Positions 19,143 to 29,125 of a DNA stretch of 54,032 nucleotides are shown here, piece by piece. Numbering within the stretch: position 1 is the first letter of the stretch; each line of letters opens with the position of its first letter. The position numbers were made by a program, and so were the translations under genes. The notes beneath the pieces were generated by a model, which saw only the letters and a program-made list of their open reading frames with translations, ran no database searches and had not been told where the DNA came from. The DNA is from Candidatus Omnitrophota bacterium (lineage in GTDB: Bacteria > Omnitrophota > Gorgyraeia > Duberdicusellales > 4484-171), in assembly GCA_023135905.1 (NCBI GenBank), contig JAGLSE010000029.1:1-54032 (forward strand), written 5' to 3'.

Positions 19143-19318
19143 GAATGTTTGTGTCTTTATAAAGAGTGAGAAGAATTTTTGAAGTTTTGAAATTGTTGGT
19201 GAATTAAGGGGCAATGGTGTTTCGTATTGTGTTTTTTAAAGCCGATGATATAATCTGAAAGTGTTTTTGGAAGGTAGAAGAATAAGTTATTTAATTAAAA
19301 ATTAAGTGAGAGGAAACT

Positions 19319-20995
19319 ATGAATGGTGCAAAAATATTAATTGAAAGTTTAACAAAGGAAGGGGTTGAAGTAATTTTTGGGTATCCTGGCGGTTCGGTTA
19401 TACCATTCTTTGATGCTCTTTATGATTCCCCTATAAGATTTATATTGACCCGTCATGAACAGGCTGCTGCGCATGCCGCTGACGGATATGCCCGTTCTAC
19501 GGGGAAAGTGGGTGTTTGTTTAGCAACTTCCGGGCCGGGAGCAACGAATTTAGTTACAGGTATTGCTACTGCAAATATGGATTCTGTCCCTATTGTAGCT
19601 ATCACCGGGCAGGTAAAAACTACTTTAATAGGAAATGATGCTTTTCAGGAAGCTGATTTGACAGGAATAACACGTTCTATTACAAAACATAATTATTTGG
19701 TAAAAGATGTTAAGGATTTGGCATATACTGTAAAGGAAGCTTTTTATTTAGCGAATACCGGCAGGCCTGGTCCTATTTTGATAGATTTACCTGTAGATGT
19801 TCAAATGCAAGATATAGATTTTATTTATCCGGAAAAAGTTGAAATAAGAAGTTATCATCCTGACATGTTTGGACATCCTGCTCAGATTAAAAAGGCAGTA
19901 AAACTTATTAATGAATCCAATAGGCCGGTAATACTTGCAGGAGGAGGAGTTGTAATCTCCGGAGCTAATAAGGAATTGTTAGAATTTGCAGAGAAAATTA
20001 ATGTTCCTGTTGCAATAACTTTTATGGGTTTAGGAGGTTTTCCTTCTACAAACCATTTGTCTCTTGATATGCCGGGTATGCATGGAACTGGGTATGCTAA
20101 TTTAGCTATTACCGAATCAGATCTTTTAATTTCTGTGGGCTGTCGTTTTGATGATAGGATTACTGGAAAATTAGAAGGTTTTGCTCCAAAGGCTAAAATT
20201 ATACATGTAGATATAGATCCTACTTCTATAAGTAAAAATATAAAAGTTGATGTTGATTTGATAGGAGATGCTAAAAATGTTTTAGGGCAATTGAACGAAG
20301 AAATTGAGGTATCTAAACTTTTAGATTTGTCAGAGTGGCATAAAAAAATAGAAGGTTGGAAAAGTAAACATCCTCTTGGTTATAAAATGGAAGAATCAGG
20401 GAAGACAAAACCTCAATATATAGTTGAAGAGATTTATAAGCAGACAGAGGGTAAAGCATTAATTGCTACGGAAGTTGGGCAAAATCAAATGTGGGCAGCT
20501 CAATTTTATAAATTCGATTATCCTCGAAATTTTATTTCTAGTGGAGGGCTAGGCACAATGGGATATGGTTTTCCGGCTGCTATAGGAGCTAAAATAGCTA
20601 ATCCTGAAAAACAAGTAATTCTTATTGCTGGGGATGGGTCTATCCAGATGAATATTCAGGAGTTGGCCACATTGAGTACTTATGATATAGATATTAAAAT
20701 AATTATTTTAAATAATCATTGTTTAGGTATGGTGAGGCAGTGGCAGGAACTTTTTTATGACCGCAGGTATTCCGGAACACCTTTAAAAAATCCGGATTTT
20801 GTTCAAGTAGCTAAAGGATATGGTATTAAAGGAATAAAAGTAAAAAAGATTAGTGAAGTTAAAAAAGCGATTAAAGAAATACTTTCTTATAATGGGCCAG
20901 TAATGGCAGATTTTCAAATTGAAGAGGAAGAAAATGTTTTTCCTATGGTCCCCGCTGGAGAAGCAATTAACCGTATGATAGGAGGGATGGCATAA
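19319..20995 (+). CDS. ilvB: Acetolactate synthase large (catalytic) subunit, ThDP-dependent
   Basis: GYPGG..IP, TSGPGATNLVTG and GGLGTMGYGFPAAIGAK..GDGS.QMN ThDP motifs. Confidence 0.94.
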   Translation: MNGAKILIESLTKEGVEVIFGYPGGSVIPFFDALYDSPIRFILTRHEQAAAHAADGYARSTGKVGVCLATSGPGATNLVTGIATANMDSVPIVAITGQVKTTLIGNDAFQEADLTGITRSITKHNYLVKDVKDLAYTVKEAFYLANTGRPGPILIDLPVDVQMQDIDFIYPEKVEIRSYHPDMFGHPAQIKKAVKLINESNRPVILAGGGVVISGANKELLEFAEKINVPVAITFMGLGGFPSTNHLSLDMPGMHGTGYANLAITESDLLISVGCRFDDRITGKLEGFAPKAKIIHVDIDPTSISKNIKVDVDLIGDAKNVLGQLNEEIEVSKLLDLSEWHKKIEGWKSKHPLGYKMEESGKTKPQYIVEEIYKQTEGKALIATEVGQNQMWAAQFYKFDYPRNFISSGGLGTMGYGFPAAIGAKIANPEKQVILIAGDGSIQMNIQELATLSTYDIDIKIIILNNHCLGMVRQWQELFYDRRYSGTPLKNPDFVQVAKGYGIKGIKVKKISEVKKAIKEILSYNGPVMADFQIEEEENVFPMVPAGEAINRMIGGMA

Positions 20996-21000
20996 AATAT

Positions 21001-21474
21001 ATGAAACATACAATACAAGCATTAGTAGAAAATAAGTTTGGTGTTCTTGCAAGAGTAGCATCATTGTTTAGTGCTAGAGGATATAATATAAGTTCTTTAG
21101 CTGTAGGAGAAACACAGGATCCCTCTATGTCTTGTATGACTATTGTGGTAAATGCTGAAGATGAGAGGATGTTGCAGCAGATAAAGAATCAATTGCAAAA
21201 GCTTATTGATGTTATAACTGTTATTGATTTTACTCATAAAAAGTATATAGATAGAGAATTGATTTTATGTAAAATTGAGAGGGTTGAAGAGAATAAAAAT
21301 GTTATAACTAAATTAATTAAACAGTTTCCAGTAAAAGTTATAGAAGAAACTGATGAATATTTTCTTCTTGAAATTTGCGCGGATACACAGCAAATTAAAG
21401 AAATTTTAAAAGAGGTAAAAAAAATAGAAATTAAAGAGCTTGTTCGTGCGGGTAAAATTGCTATTGGGAAATAG
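21001..21474 (+). CDS. ilvN: Acetolactate synthase small (regulatory) subunit
   Basis: N-terminal ACT domain LVENKFGVLARVASLFSARGYNISSLAVGET, directly downstream of ilvB. Confidence 0.92.
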   Translation: MKHTIQALVENKFGVLARVASLFSARGYNISSLAVGETQDPSMSCMTIVVNAEDERMLQQIKNQLQKLIDVITVIDFTHKKYIDRELILCKIERVEENKNVITKLIKQFPVKVIEETDEYFLLEICADTQQIKEILKEVKKIEIKELVRAGKIAIGK

Positions 21475-21532
21475 ATTAACACACCTAATTATTTAATTTA
21501 AATAAAAAGTTTTGGTTTAAACGGAGGATGAA

Positions 21533-22522
21533 ATGACAAAAATTTATTATGATAAAGATGCTGATTTAGATGTAATAAAAGACAAAATTGTGGCTGTAAT
21601 TGGTTATGGAGCTCAAGGTAGAGCGCAATCATTAAATCTGAGAGATTCGAAAATTAAAGTTATTGTTTCTGAATTAGAGGGAACAGTTAACTATAAACAG
21701 GCAGAAGAAGATGGATTCCAACCATTAACAGCGGCTGAAGCTGCTAAAAAAGCTGATATTATTCATATATTGACGCCTGATACGGTTCAAGCTGAGGTTT
21801 ATAAAAATGCTATTGAACCAAATCTTAAAAAAGGGAAAGCCGTTGGATTTTCTCATGGATTTAATATTCATTTCCATCAGATAGTGCCTTCTCAAGATGT
21901 AGATGTATATATGGTTGCGCCTAAAGGGCCGGGAACTTTGGTTAGAGATATGTATGAAATAGAAAAAGGTGTTCCTTGTTTGATAGCTATTTATCAAAAT
22001 GCAACTAATAAGGCTAAAGATATTGCTCTTGCTTATGCCAAAGCTTTGGGCGGAACACGAATGGGGGTTATAGAAACTACTTTTAAAGAAGAAACAGAAA
22101 CGGATTTGTTTGGTGAACAGGTAGTTTTATGCGGAGGAGTTTCTAAACTTATACAAAAAGGATTTGAAACTTTAGTTGAAGCTGGGTACCAGCCGGAAAT
22201 AGCCTATTTTGAGTGTTTGCATGAATTAAAACTTATTACGGATTTGATATATGCTAAAGGAATAGAAGGTATGCGTTATGTAGTTTCAAATACGGCTGAA
22301 TATGGAGATTTAACCAGGGGTAAAAGAATTATAAATGACTCGGTAAAAGAAGAGATGAAAAAAATATTATCTGAAATTCAATCTGGTGAGTTTGCCAGAG
22401 AATGGATTTTGGAAAACAAGGCAAATCAACCGGTCTTTAAGGCATTAAGAAACATTGAAAAAGAACATTTGATAGAGAAAGTCGGAAAGAGTTTAAGAAA
22501 AATGATGCCTTGGATTAAATAG
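21533..22522 (+). CDS. ilvC: Ketol-acid reductoisomerase (class I)
   Basis: [10 protein letters not shown]..., the [16 protein letters not shown] Rossmann motif and [10 protein letters not shown]. Confidence 0.95.
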   Translation: MTKIYYDKDADLDVIKDKIVAVIGYGAQGRAQSLNLRDSKIKVIVSELEGTVNYKQAEEDGFQPLTAAEAAKKADIIHILTPDTVQAEVYKNAIEPNLKKGKAVGFSHGFNIHFHQIVPSQDVDVYMVAPKGPGTLVRDMYEIEKGVPCLIAIYQNATNKAKDIALAYAKALGGTRMGVIETTFKEETETDLFGEQVVLCGGVSKLIQKGFETLVEAGYQPEIAYFECLHELKLITDLIYAKGIEGMRYVVSNTAEYGDLTRGKRIINDSVKEEMKKILSEIQSGEFAREWILENKANQPVFKALRNIEKEHLIEKVGKSLRKMMPWIK

Positions 22523-22545
22523 TTAATCCGAAATGTTTAATTAAA

Positions 22546-24444
22546 ATGAATAAAAGGTTAACCATAATTCTTATTTCTTTGGTTGGTGTAGGGTGTTTAC
22601 TTTTTGGATTTAAACTGATTTATAAATCTAAAAAAATTGATAATATTGAAAGTATTGTCTCCGATGAGGCCATTTATTATCTTTCATCCTATGATTTAAG
22701 TAAAAAAATAAATAATTTTGCTAAGGCACCTTTTTATCAAAAAATAATTAACCTTCCTTTATACGAAAAATATATAGGGGTTAAGTTTGATGTATCAGAA
22801 GAAAAAAACTTTAGTATATTAGGATTGCTTGATAACGAATCAGCTTTAGCAGTTTTTTCTTCACAAATATTATTTTCTCCAAAAAACAAACCGAGTCCGG
22901 GGACAAGTCTAGGGGATTTTGTATTTTTTACCCGTCTTGACAACAAAAAAAAATTTAAAAAACTTATAGGGGACTTTTATATTTCTTTTAGCCGACAAGA
23001 AGATTCAGATTATTCAAAGTATAAAGGGGTAAGGGTCAAAAGGATAAACTTTTCTAAAGAAAAAAAGGATAAAATTGATCTTACTGTTTATTATGCTTTT
23101 TTAGGAGATGTTCTTTTAGTTGGAAACAATGATACGCTTATAAAAAAGTCTATCGATCTCTATAACGGAGATGATGAAAAGTCACTTTTAAATAGTAGAT
23201 ATTTTCATGATATTACGAATAAACATAGTGAAATCAAAAACAAAGCCCTTGTCTGGTTATTCACAAACGAAAAAAATCTTTATAAGAGAGTTATGGCTGA
23301 CATGGAAAAAAATAGCCAATTGGATGAAGGATTAAACGATCAGAGAGGGTTTTTAAAAAATGGAATTAAAGAGCTTTTAAAAGAATTAGGAGAAGCGTCA
23401 ATAGGATCTTTTAGTTTTGTTGATTATGATAACTTTAAGCAGGGTATTTTTTATAAAAAGTATAGTTATTATGATGACAGCATTAAATCCAATGAATTCT
23501 TAGATATATTTCGGTTATCAGGAATTATGGAAAAAAACATATTTGAATTTATGCCGTTGGATAGTATTAGTTGTTTTGGAGTTGCAAATAATTTTTCTAA
23601 ATCATGGAAGTATGTGAAAAAATTTGTTACCGCGGTGGATGCTAATATGGATACAAATAAATTTTTAGGGTTAGATATAGATAAAGAGATATTACCGTTA
23701 TTAGGACGAAACATTGTTGGAGTTTTCTCAGATATTAAAGAAAAACCTTTTAATTTATCTAAGTCGCAAAGTAGAGGTACACCTTTTTCTAATTTTCCTA
23801 TACCTTTACCTGAGTTATCTTTCTTAATAGAAATGAAAGATATAACAGCGGCTAAAGAAGTAATGGTTTTAATTAGTCAAAAAATAATCCCGCGACTAAA
23901 GAAAAATTTGGAAGTTCAAGAAATGAGGGAAACAGCTTTGAGAGTTAAACAGGGATTACCTAAGTCTAAAAAAATATTTGCTTCGTTTGAGGTAGAAATA
24001 GAAAATCATAAAGGAGTAAATATAAATATATTATCTTCAAAATTTGAGGCTTTAAATATAAATTATTTTAATTTTGATAAATATATAATTGTATCTTCAA
24101 CCTTGGATGCGACAAAAAAAATGATTGATGTCCTTAATAGTCAATATAATTTTTTAAGTAGATATTCAAAAAATGAGTTAATGGAAGACAATTTATCTTT
24201 ACCTTATTCATATATTTATATTGTTAAATTAGAGGATATTATTGAAAAAATAATCCAGACTAAAATTTTTAATATGGGGAAAATGTATGTACCGATGGTT
24301 AGCCAGGGTAAACTTTCAGGAACAGATATAAATTTAATAGTTGATATTTTAAAAGATATTCCTTTGTTTATGGGAAGACAGAGATTATTGGAAGGAGACA
24401 TAATAGAAAACATGAAGTATATTAAAATTAAAGGGTTATTATAA
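22546..24444 (+). CDS. Membrane-anchored hypothetical protein (DUF3352-like, tentative)
   Basis: 632 aa with a single N-terminal TM helix (LTIILISLVGVGCLLFGF) and a long Lys/Asn-rich extracytoplasmic body. No catalytic motif recognised. The DUF3352 resemblance is from memory of family architecture only. Confidence 0.5.
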   Translation: MNKRLTIILISLVGVGCLLFGFKLIYKSKKIDNIESIVSDEAIYYLSSYDLSKKINNFAKAPFYQKIINLPLYEKYIGVKFDVSEEKNFSILGLLDNESALAVFSSQILFSPKNKPSPGTSLGDFVFFTRLDNKKKFKKLIGDFYISFSRQEDSDYSKYKGVRVKRINFSKEKKDKIDLTVYYAFLGDVLLVGNNDTLIKKSIDLYNGDDEKSLLNSRYFHDITNKHSEIKNKALVWLFTNEKNLYKRVMADMEKNSQLDEGLNDQRGFLKNGIKELLKELGEASIGSFSFVDYDNFKQGIFYKKYSYYDDSIKSNEFLDIFRLSGIMEKNIFEFMPLDSISCFGVANNFSKSWKYVKKFVTAVDANMDTNKFLGLDIDKEILPLLGRNIVGVFSDIKEKPFNLSKSQSRGTPFSNFPIPLPELSFLIEMKDITAAKEVMVLISQKIIPRLKKNLEVQEMRETALRVKQGLPKSKKIFASFEVEIENHKGVNINILSSKFEALNINYFNFDKYIIVSSTLDATKKMIDVLNSQYNFLSRYSKNELMEDNLSLPYSYIYIVKLEDIIEKIIQTKIFNMGKMYVPMVSQGKLSGTDINLIVDILKDIPLFMGRQRLLEGDIIENMKYIKIKGLL

Positions 24445-24447
24445 AAA

Positions 24448-25947
24448 ATGGAAAAAATAATTATTTTTGATACGACATTGAGAGATGGAGAACAAGCTCC
24501 GGGAGCATCTCTAACTTCTGAGCAGAAGTTAGAGATAGCTTATCAATTGGAAAATTTAGGGGTAGATTTTATAGAGGCGGGATTCCCTATAGCTAGCCCT
24601 GATGATTTTAAAGCCGTAGATATGGTTTCACGCAATATTAAAAAAAGTGGTGTTTGCGGTTTGGCGAGATGCCTTAAAAAAGATATTGAAGCTGCTAGTA
24701 ATTCGCTTAAAAAGGCTAAATTCCCGCGGATACATATATTTCTTGCAACCTCAAAGATTCATCTTGAATATAAATTTAAAAAAGCTGAAGTGGAAATATT
24801 AGAGATAGCAAAAAAATCAGTTAAGTTTGCCCGTAATTTGTGTGATAATATTGAGTTTTCACCTGAAGATGCCACACGCTCAGACAGAGAATTCCTTTTT
24901 AGAGTTATTGAAACTGCAATAAGTCAAGGAGCTAAAACTATCAATATCCCCGATACTGTAGGGTATACATATCCATTAGAAGTACAGTCTTTAATAACTG
25001 ATATTATTAATAATGTTCCGAATATAAATAAGGCTGTATTGTCTATACATTGTCATGATGACTTAGGAATGGCAGTTGCTAATTCGCTTTCTGCTGTTTT
25101 ATCTGGAGTCAGACAGGTTCATTGTACAATGAATGGTATAGGCGAGAGAGCGGGAAATGCTTCCTTAGAGGAGTTAGTTATGGCTGTAAAGACCCGGAAA
25201 GATGTATTTAAAAATATGAATATATCTATCAATACCAAAGAAATTTTCAAGACATCTCTTTTGGTCAGTAATCTGACTGGGTTTGTAATCCCTCCTAATA
25301 AAGCAATTGTTGGTAAGAATGCTTTTGCTCATGAGGCAGGTATTCATCAGGATGCTATGTTAAAAAAAAGTAGTACTTATGAGATAATGAATCCCAAAGA
25401 CGTGGGTATTAGCAAAAGTAAAATTGTTTTAGGGAAACATTCGGGCAGACATGCTTTAGTTAAAAGAATTGAAAAGTTAGGAATAAAACTTGCGGATAAT
25501 AGAATAAATAAAATTTTTGAACAATTTAAACAATTAGCGGATAAGAAAAAAGAGGTTTTTGATGATGACTTGATAGCTTTAGTAGAGGAAGAAACAAGCC
25601 CTAAAGTTAAGACGTATGAATTAATTACTGTAAGAGCAACTACCGGGACGGATATAGTTCCGGACGCTAGTGTTAAGATTAGGTATGAAAAAAAAATAAT
25701 TGAAGCTAAATCTACGGGAGATGGTCCGGTTGATGCTTGTTACAAGGCAATTGATAAAATCACAAAAATAAAGACAAAACTTTTAGCGTATAAACTTGAT
25801 GCCATTACAGGGGGGAAAGACGCTCAAGGTAGGGTAAGGGTTGAAGTTAGAGTTAAAGGCAAAATCTATAGTGGTAGAGGTTCAAGTACTGATATATTAG
25901 AATCTTCAGTGAAGGCTTATTTAGATGCTTTGAATAGGATTAAATAA
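24448..25947 (+). CDS. leuA: 2-isopropylmalate synthase
   Basis: IIFDTTLRDGEQAPG, HCHDDLGMAVANS, and 499 aa with a C-terminal LeuA dimerisation domain. Confidence 0.92.
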   Translation: MEKIIIFDTTLRDGEQAPGASLTSEQKLEIAYQLENLGVDFIEAGFPIASPDDFKAVDMVSRNIKKSGVCGLARCLKKDIEAASNSLKKAKFPRIHIFLATSKIHLEYKFKKAEVEILEIAKKSVKFARNLCDNIEFSPEDATRSDREFLFRVIETAISQGAKTINIPDTVGYTYPLEVQSLITDIINNVPNINKAVLSIHCHDDLGMAVANSLSAVLSGVRQVHCTMNGIGERAGNASLEELVMAVKTRKDVFKNMNISINTKEIFKTSLLVSNLTGFVIPPNKAIVGKNAFAHEAGIHQDAMLKKSSTYEIMNPKDVGISKSKIVLGKHSGRHALVKRIEKLGIKLADNRINKIFEQFKQLADKKKEVFDDDLIALVEEETSPKVKTYELITVRATTGTDIVPDASVKIRYEKKIIEAKSTGDGPVDACYKAIDKITKIKTKLLAYKLDAITGGKDAQGRVRVEVRVKGKIYSGRGSSTDILESSVKAYLDALNRIK

Positions 25948-26005
25948 GGTTTTTATTTGTTTAGAGATAAAAGGTTTTTAAGAAATTAAGAAAAAAGGAA
26001 TTGTC

Positions 26006-26881
26006 ATGAAAAAAACAGAAATAGAATTGTTTGGGTTGATTGGTTATCCGGTAAAACATTCTTTGTCTCCGGCAATACATAATTCCGCGTTTAAAAAATT
26101 TAATATTTCAGGTGATTATAGTTTATATGAAAAAAAGCCGGAAGAATTGGAAAGTTTTTTTAAAGGTTTGGATGATAGTGATATTTACGGATTGAATGTT
26201 ACAGTCCCTTATAAAGAAAAGGTTTTAAAGTTTGTTGAATTGGAAAAAGAAGATGTTTATTTGAAAATAATACAATCTGTAAATACAATAGTTAGAATAG
26301 ATAGTAAATGGTTAGGCTTTAATACCGATATTCCTGGATTTGAGATAAGTTTAAAAGAAAATTTTAATCCGGCAAATAAAAAAACAGCTATGATAGGGGC
26401 TGGAGGAGCTGCTAGATCGGTTGCTTATGTATTGGCAAAGTCAGGTGTTCAAGAGATATGTATTTTTGATATTGATAAAATAAGATCAAAAAGTATAGTT
26501 AGTATGGTAAAAGAATTATTTCCCAATATGAAAATATCAGCGGTAGATTCCATTGAAGCTTTGAATATTAAAGAGAAAGATTTATTGGTTAATGCAACTC
26601 CTGTAGGATTAAATAAAGAAGACCCTTGTTTAGTAAAAAAAGGAATGTTGCATAAAGATTTATTTGTTTATGATTTGATATACAACCCTATTGAGACAAA
26701 ACTATTGTTTTTGGCTAAAGAGGTTGGCGCGCAAGTTTCTAATGGTTTAGGTATGCTTTTATATCAAGGTGCGCTTTCTTTCGTTCTTTTTACAGGAACA
26801 GATATTTCTATAAAAGAAATAGTTGATGAAATGAGGATAGGACTAAATGAAGGAATTAAAAAGGTATGTATGAAAAGATAA
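26006..26881 (+). CDS. aroE: Shikimate dehydrogenase
   Basis: LIGYPVKHSLSPAIHN, NVTVPYK, NTD and the GAGGAARSV Rossmann motif. Confidence 0.92.
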   Translation: MKKTEIELFGLIGYPVKHSLSPAIHNSAFKKFNISGDYSLYEKKPEELESFFKGLDDSDIYGLNVTVPYKEKVLKFVELEKEDVYLKIIQSVNTIVRIDSKWLGFNTDIPGFEISLKENFNPANKKTAMIGAGGAARSVAYVLAKSGVQEICIFDIDKIRSKSIVSMVKELFPNMKISAVDSIEALNIKEKDLLVNATPVGLNKEDPCLVKKGMLHKDLFVYDLIYNPIETKLLFLAKEVGAQVSNGLGMLLYQGALSFVLFTGTDISIKEIVDEMRIGLNEGIKKVCMKR

Positions 26882-27687
26882 TCTTATTTGTTTTCGGCAC
26901 GTGTATTGGAAGTTTTTTAAATGTTTGTATTTATCGATTACCCAAAGATAAGTCTATTGTCTTTCCTCCTTCTTCTTGTCCTAAATGCAATAAAAGAATT
27001 AAATGGTATGATAATATACCTGTATTAAGTTATATTTTTTTAAAAGCTAAATGTCGTAATTGTAAGGAGCCTATTCCATTTAGGTATCCTTTAGTTGAGT
27101 TTATAACAGGACTAATCTTTTTGCTTCTTTATTTGAAGTTTGGAATTTCTTTAGTTTATGCCCAATTTGTATTTCTTTTTTGTCTTTTAGTGGTAGTTTC
27201 TTTTATTGATATAGATTATCATGCAATCCCCGCATATATGTGTGTTTTAGGTATTACTGTCGGTATAATTTTTAGTTTTGTATCGAGTTTAAAAGTTTTT
27301 GAAAGCGGGGTGTATGATATAACTGCAATGCCAATATATGATGCGATATTGGGATTGCTTATAGGATTAGGATTTACGTACCTTTTTAAATTGTTTGGTG
27401 ATGTTTTTCTTAGTATTTTTCTTTATTTACGTAATAAACAATCTATTGAAGGAGAAACAGAATCTTTAGGGTTAGGAGATGTAGATTTTGTGGGTATGGT
27501 GGGAGTATTTTTAGGCTGGAAAATGGCTATATTATGTTTTTTTATCGCCCCTTTTCTGGCTGTAGCATATTCAATTTTTGCTATTATTTTTAAAAAATCA
27601 CATCTTATTCCATATTTGCCATATTTGTCAGGGGCGACTTTAATTTGTTTCATGTGGGGACCTAAAATTCTTAATTTTGTATTTTAA
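26866..27687 (+). CDS. pilD: Prepilin peptidase / N-methyltransferase (A24 family)
   Basis: Zn-knuckle CPKCNKRI...CRNCKEPI, multiple TM helices, and catalytic Asp contexts (SFIDIDYHAIP and GLGDVDFVGMVG). It overlaps aroE by 16 nt. Confidence 0.88.
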   Translation: MYEKIILFVFGTCIGSFLNVCIYRLPKDKSIVFPPSSCPKCNKRIKWYDNIPVLSYIFLKAKCRNCKEPIPFRYPLVEFITGLIFLLLYLKFGISLVYAQFVFLFCLLVVVSFIDIDYHAIPAYMCVLGITVGIIFSFVSSLKVFESGVYDITAMPIYDAILGLLIGLGFTYLFKLFGDVFLSIFLYLRNKQSIEGETESLGLGDVDFVGMVGVFLGWKMAILCFFIAPFLAVAYSIFAIIFKKSHLIPYLPYLSGATLICFMWGPKILNFVF

Positions 27688-27732
27688 AAAAGTAATTTTT
27701 TTTTTAAAATAATTTAAAAAGGAGATAGAGTA

Positions 27733-28893
27733 ATGAGAATATTAACTGCGGGAGAATCTCATGGGCAAGGAAATGTTGCGGTGATAGAAGGTTTTCCCAA
27801 AGGTATAAAAATTGAAGCTGAGACTATAAATGCAGAATTAAAACGAAGGATGTCTGGGTTTGGCAGAGGGAAGCGGATGACTATAGAAGATGATAAGGTC
27901 GAAATTTTGTCTGGAGTAAGAAATAAAATCACTTTAGGAAGCCCTATAGCAATTTTTATTAAAAATACTGATTCAAGAATTTTTGCAGAGCAAAAAGATG
28001 AATTACCAGAGTTATCCATTCCTAGGCCATCACATGCGGATTTGTCAGGGGCAATGAAATATGGTGAGAAAGATGTCAGAAATATATTAGAAAGATCTTC
28101 GGCAAGAGAAACAGTTGCAAGAGTTAGTGTGGGGGCAATATGTAAACAGTTTCTTTTAAATTTTGGGATTAGAATATGTAGTTATGTCACTGATGTCGGG
28201 TCGATAAGTTCTGACAAAAAACCGTTTAATTATGAAGATATTTTAAATAAAACTAAGAATTCAAGACTTAATTGTATAGATAAAAATAAAGAAAGATTAA
28301 TGATTAAAGAAATTGAAAATACTGAAAAAGAAAAAGATTCTATTGGAGGGATCGTAGAAGTTTGGATAGACGGTATCTGTCCGGGTTTAGGAAGTTTTAT
28401 GCATTTTGATACTCGGCTTGATGCAAAATTATCTTTTTATTTAATGGGGATACCGGCAGTTAAAGGAGTAGAGGTTGGTTTAGGTTTTGAGTACGCTAAG
28501 AAAAGAGGTTCCCAGTCTCATGATTCAATATATTATACAAAAAATAAAGAAGATAGAAGTAATCCAACAGGTTTTTATAGGAAAACTAATAATTCCGGAG
28601 GTATTGAAGGAGGCATTTCAACAGGTGAACCAATAATTTTAAGGGCAGCCATGAAGCCCATAGCAACTTTAAGAAAACCTCTTGATTCAGTAAATCTTAA
28701 GGGCATGACAAAAGAAAAAGCTATTGTTGAGCGTTCCGATACTTGCGCGATTGTCGCTTGCGGGGTTATTGCCGAAAGTATGTCTGCTATCGCGATAACA
28801 GAAAGTTTTTTAGATAAGTTTGGCTGCGATAGCTTTAAGGATATACAATTGAATTATAAAAGTTATATTAAAAAGCTGAGTAAAAATTTTTAA
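27733..28893 (+). CDS. aroC: Chorismate synthase
   Basis: MRILTAGESHGQ, RPSHAD, RSSARET and the SGGIEGGIS motif. Confidence 0.94.
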   Translation: MRILTAGESHGQGNVAVIEGFPKGIKIEAETINAELKRRMSGFGRGKRMTIEDDKVEILSGVRNKITLGSPIAIFIKNTDSRIFAEQKDELPELSIPRPSHADLSGAMKYGEKDVRNILERSSARETVARVSVGAICKQFLLNFGIRICSYVTDVGSISSDKKPFNYEDILNKTKNSRLNCIDKNKERLMIKEIENTEKEKDSIGGIVEVWIDGICPGLGSFMHFDTRLDAKLSFYLMGIPAVKGVEVGLGFEYAKKRGSQSHDSIYYTKNKEDRSNPTGFYRKTNNSGGIEGGISTGEPIILRAAMKPIATLRKPLDSVNLKGMTKEKAIVERSDTCAIVACGVIAESMSAIAITESFLDKFGCDSFKDIQLNYKSYIKKLSKNF

Positions 28894-28939
28894 TGTAGTG
28901 ATGAAAAAAATAGAAATAGTATGAAATGTAGGAGGTTTT

Positions 28940-29095
28940 ATGTTTAATCAATTAGGTGATTTATCAAAAATGGCAGCACAGGCAAAACAAATACAGGATA
29001 AACAGGACCGTGCACAACGTGAACAAGCTGATTTATTAAGAAAAATATCAACACAACTTTCGGAAGTTATAGTGTTGTTAAAGGATAAAAAATAG
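28940..29095 (+). CDS. Candidate 51-aa coiled-coil microprotein
   Basis: Not in the ORF track. GGAGG (28931-28935) lies 4 nt before the ATG. Sequence: MFNQLGDLSKMAAQAKQIQDKQDRAQREQADLLRKISTQLSEVIVLLKDKK. Only the first ~25 residues faintly resemble YbaB/EbfC N-termini. Confidence 0.45.
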   Translation: MFNQLGDLSKMAAQAKQIQDKQDRAQREQADLLRKISTQLSEVIVLLKDKK

Positions 29096-29125
29096 TATTT
29101 GTTGGGACAGAAAACAATATAGATT

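Noticed and set aside
19214-19258. Possible ilvB attenuation leader peptide MVFRIVFFKADDII in the 176-nt cimA-ilvB spacer.
   Set aside because: The SD-like AAGGGG sits only about 3 nt from the ATG. There is only modest Val/Ile enrichment, and no downstream alternative hairpins or terminator were found.
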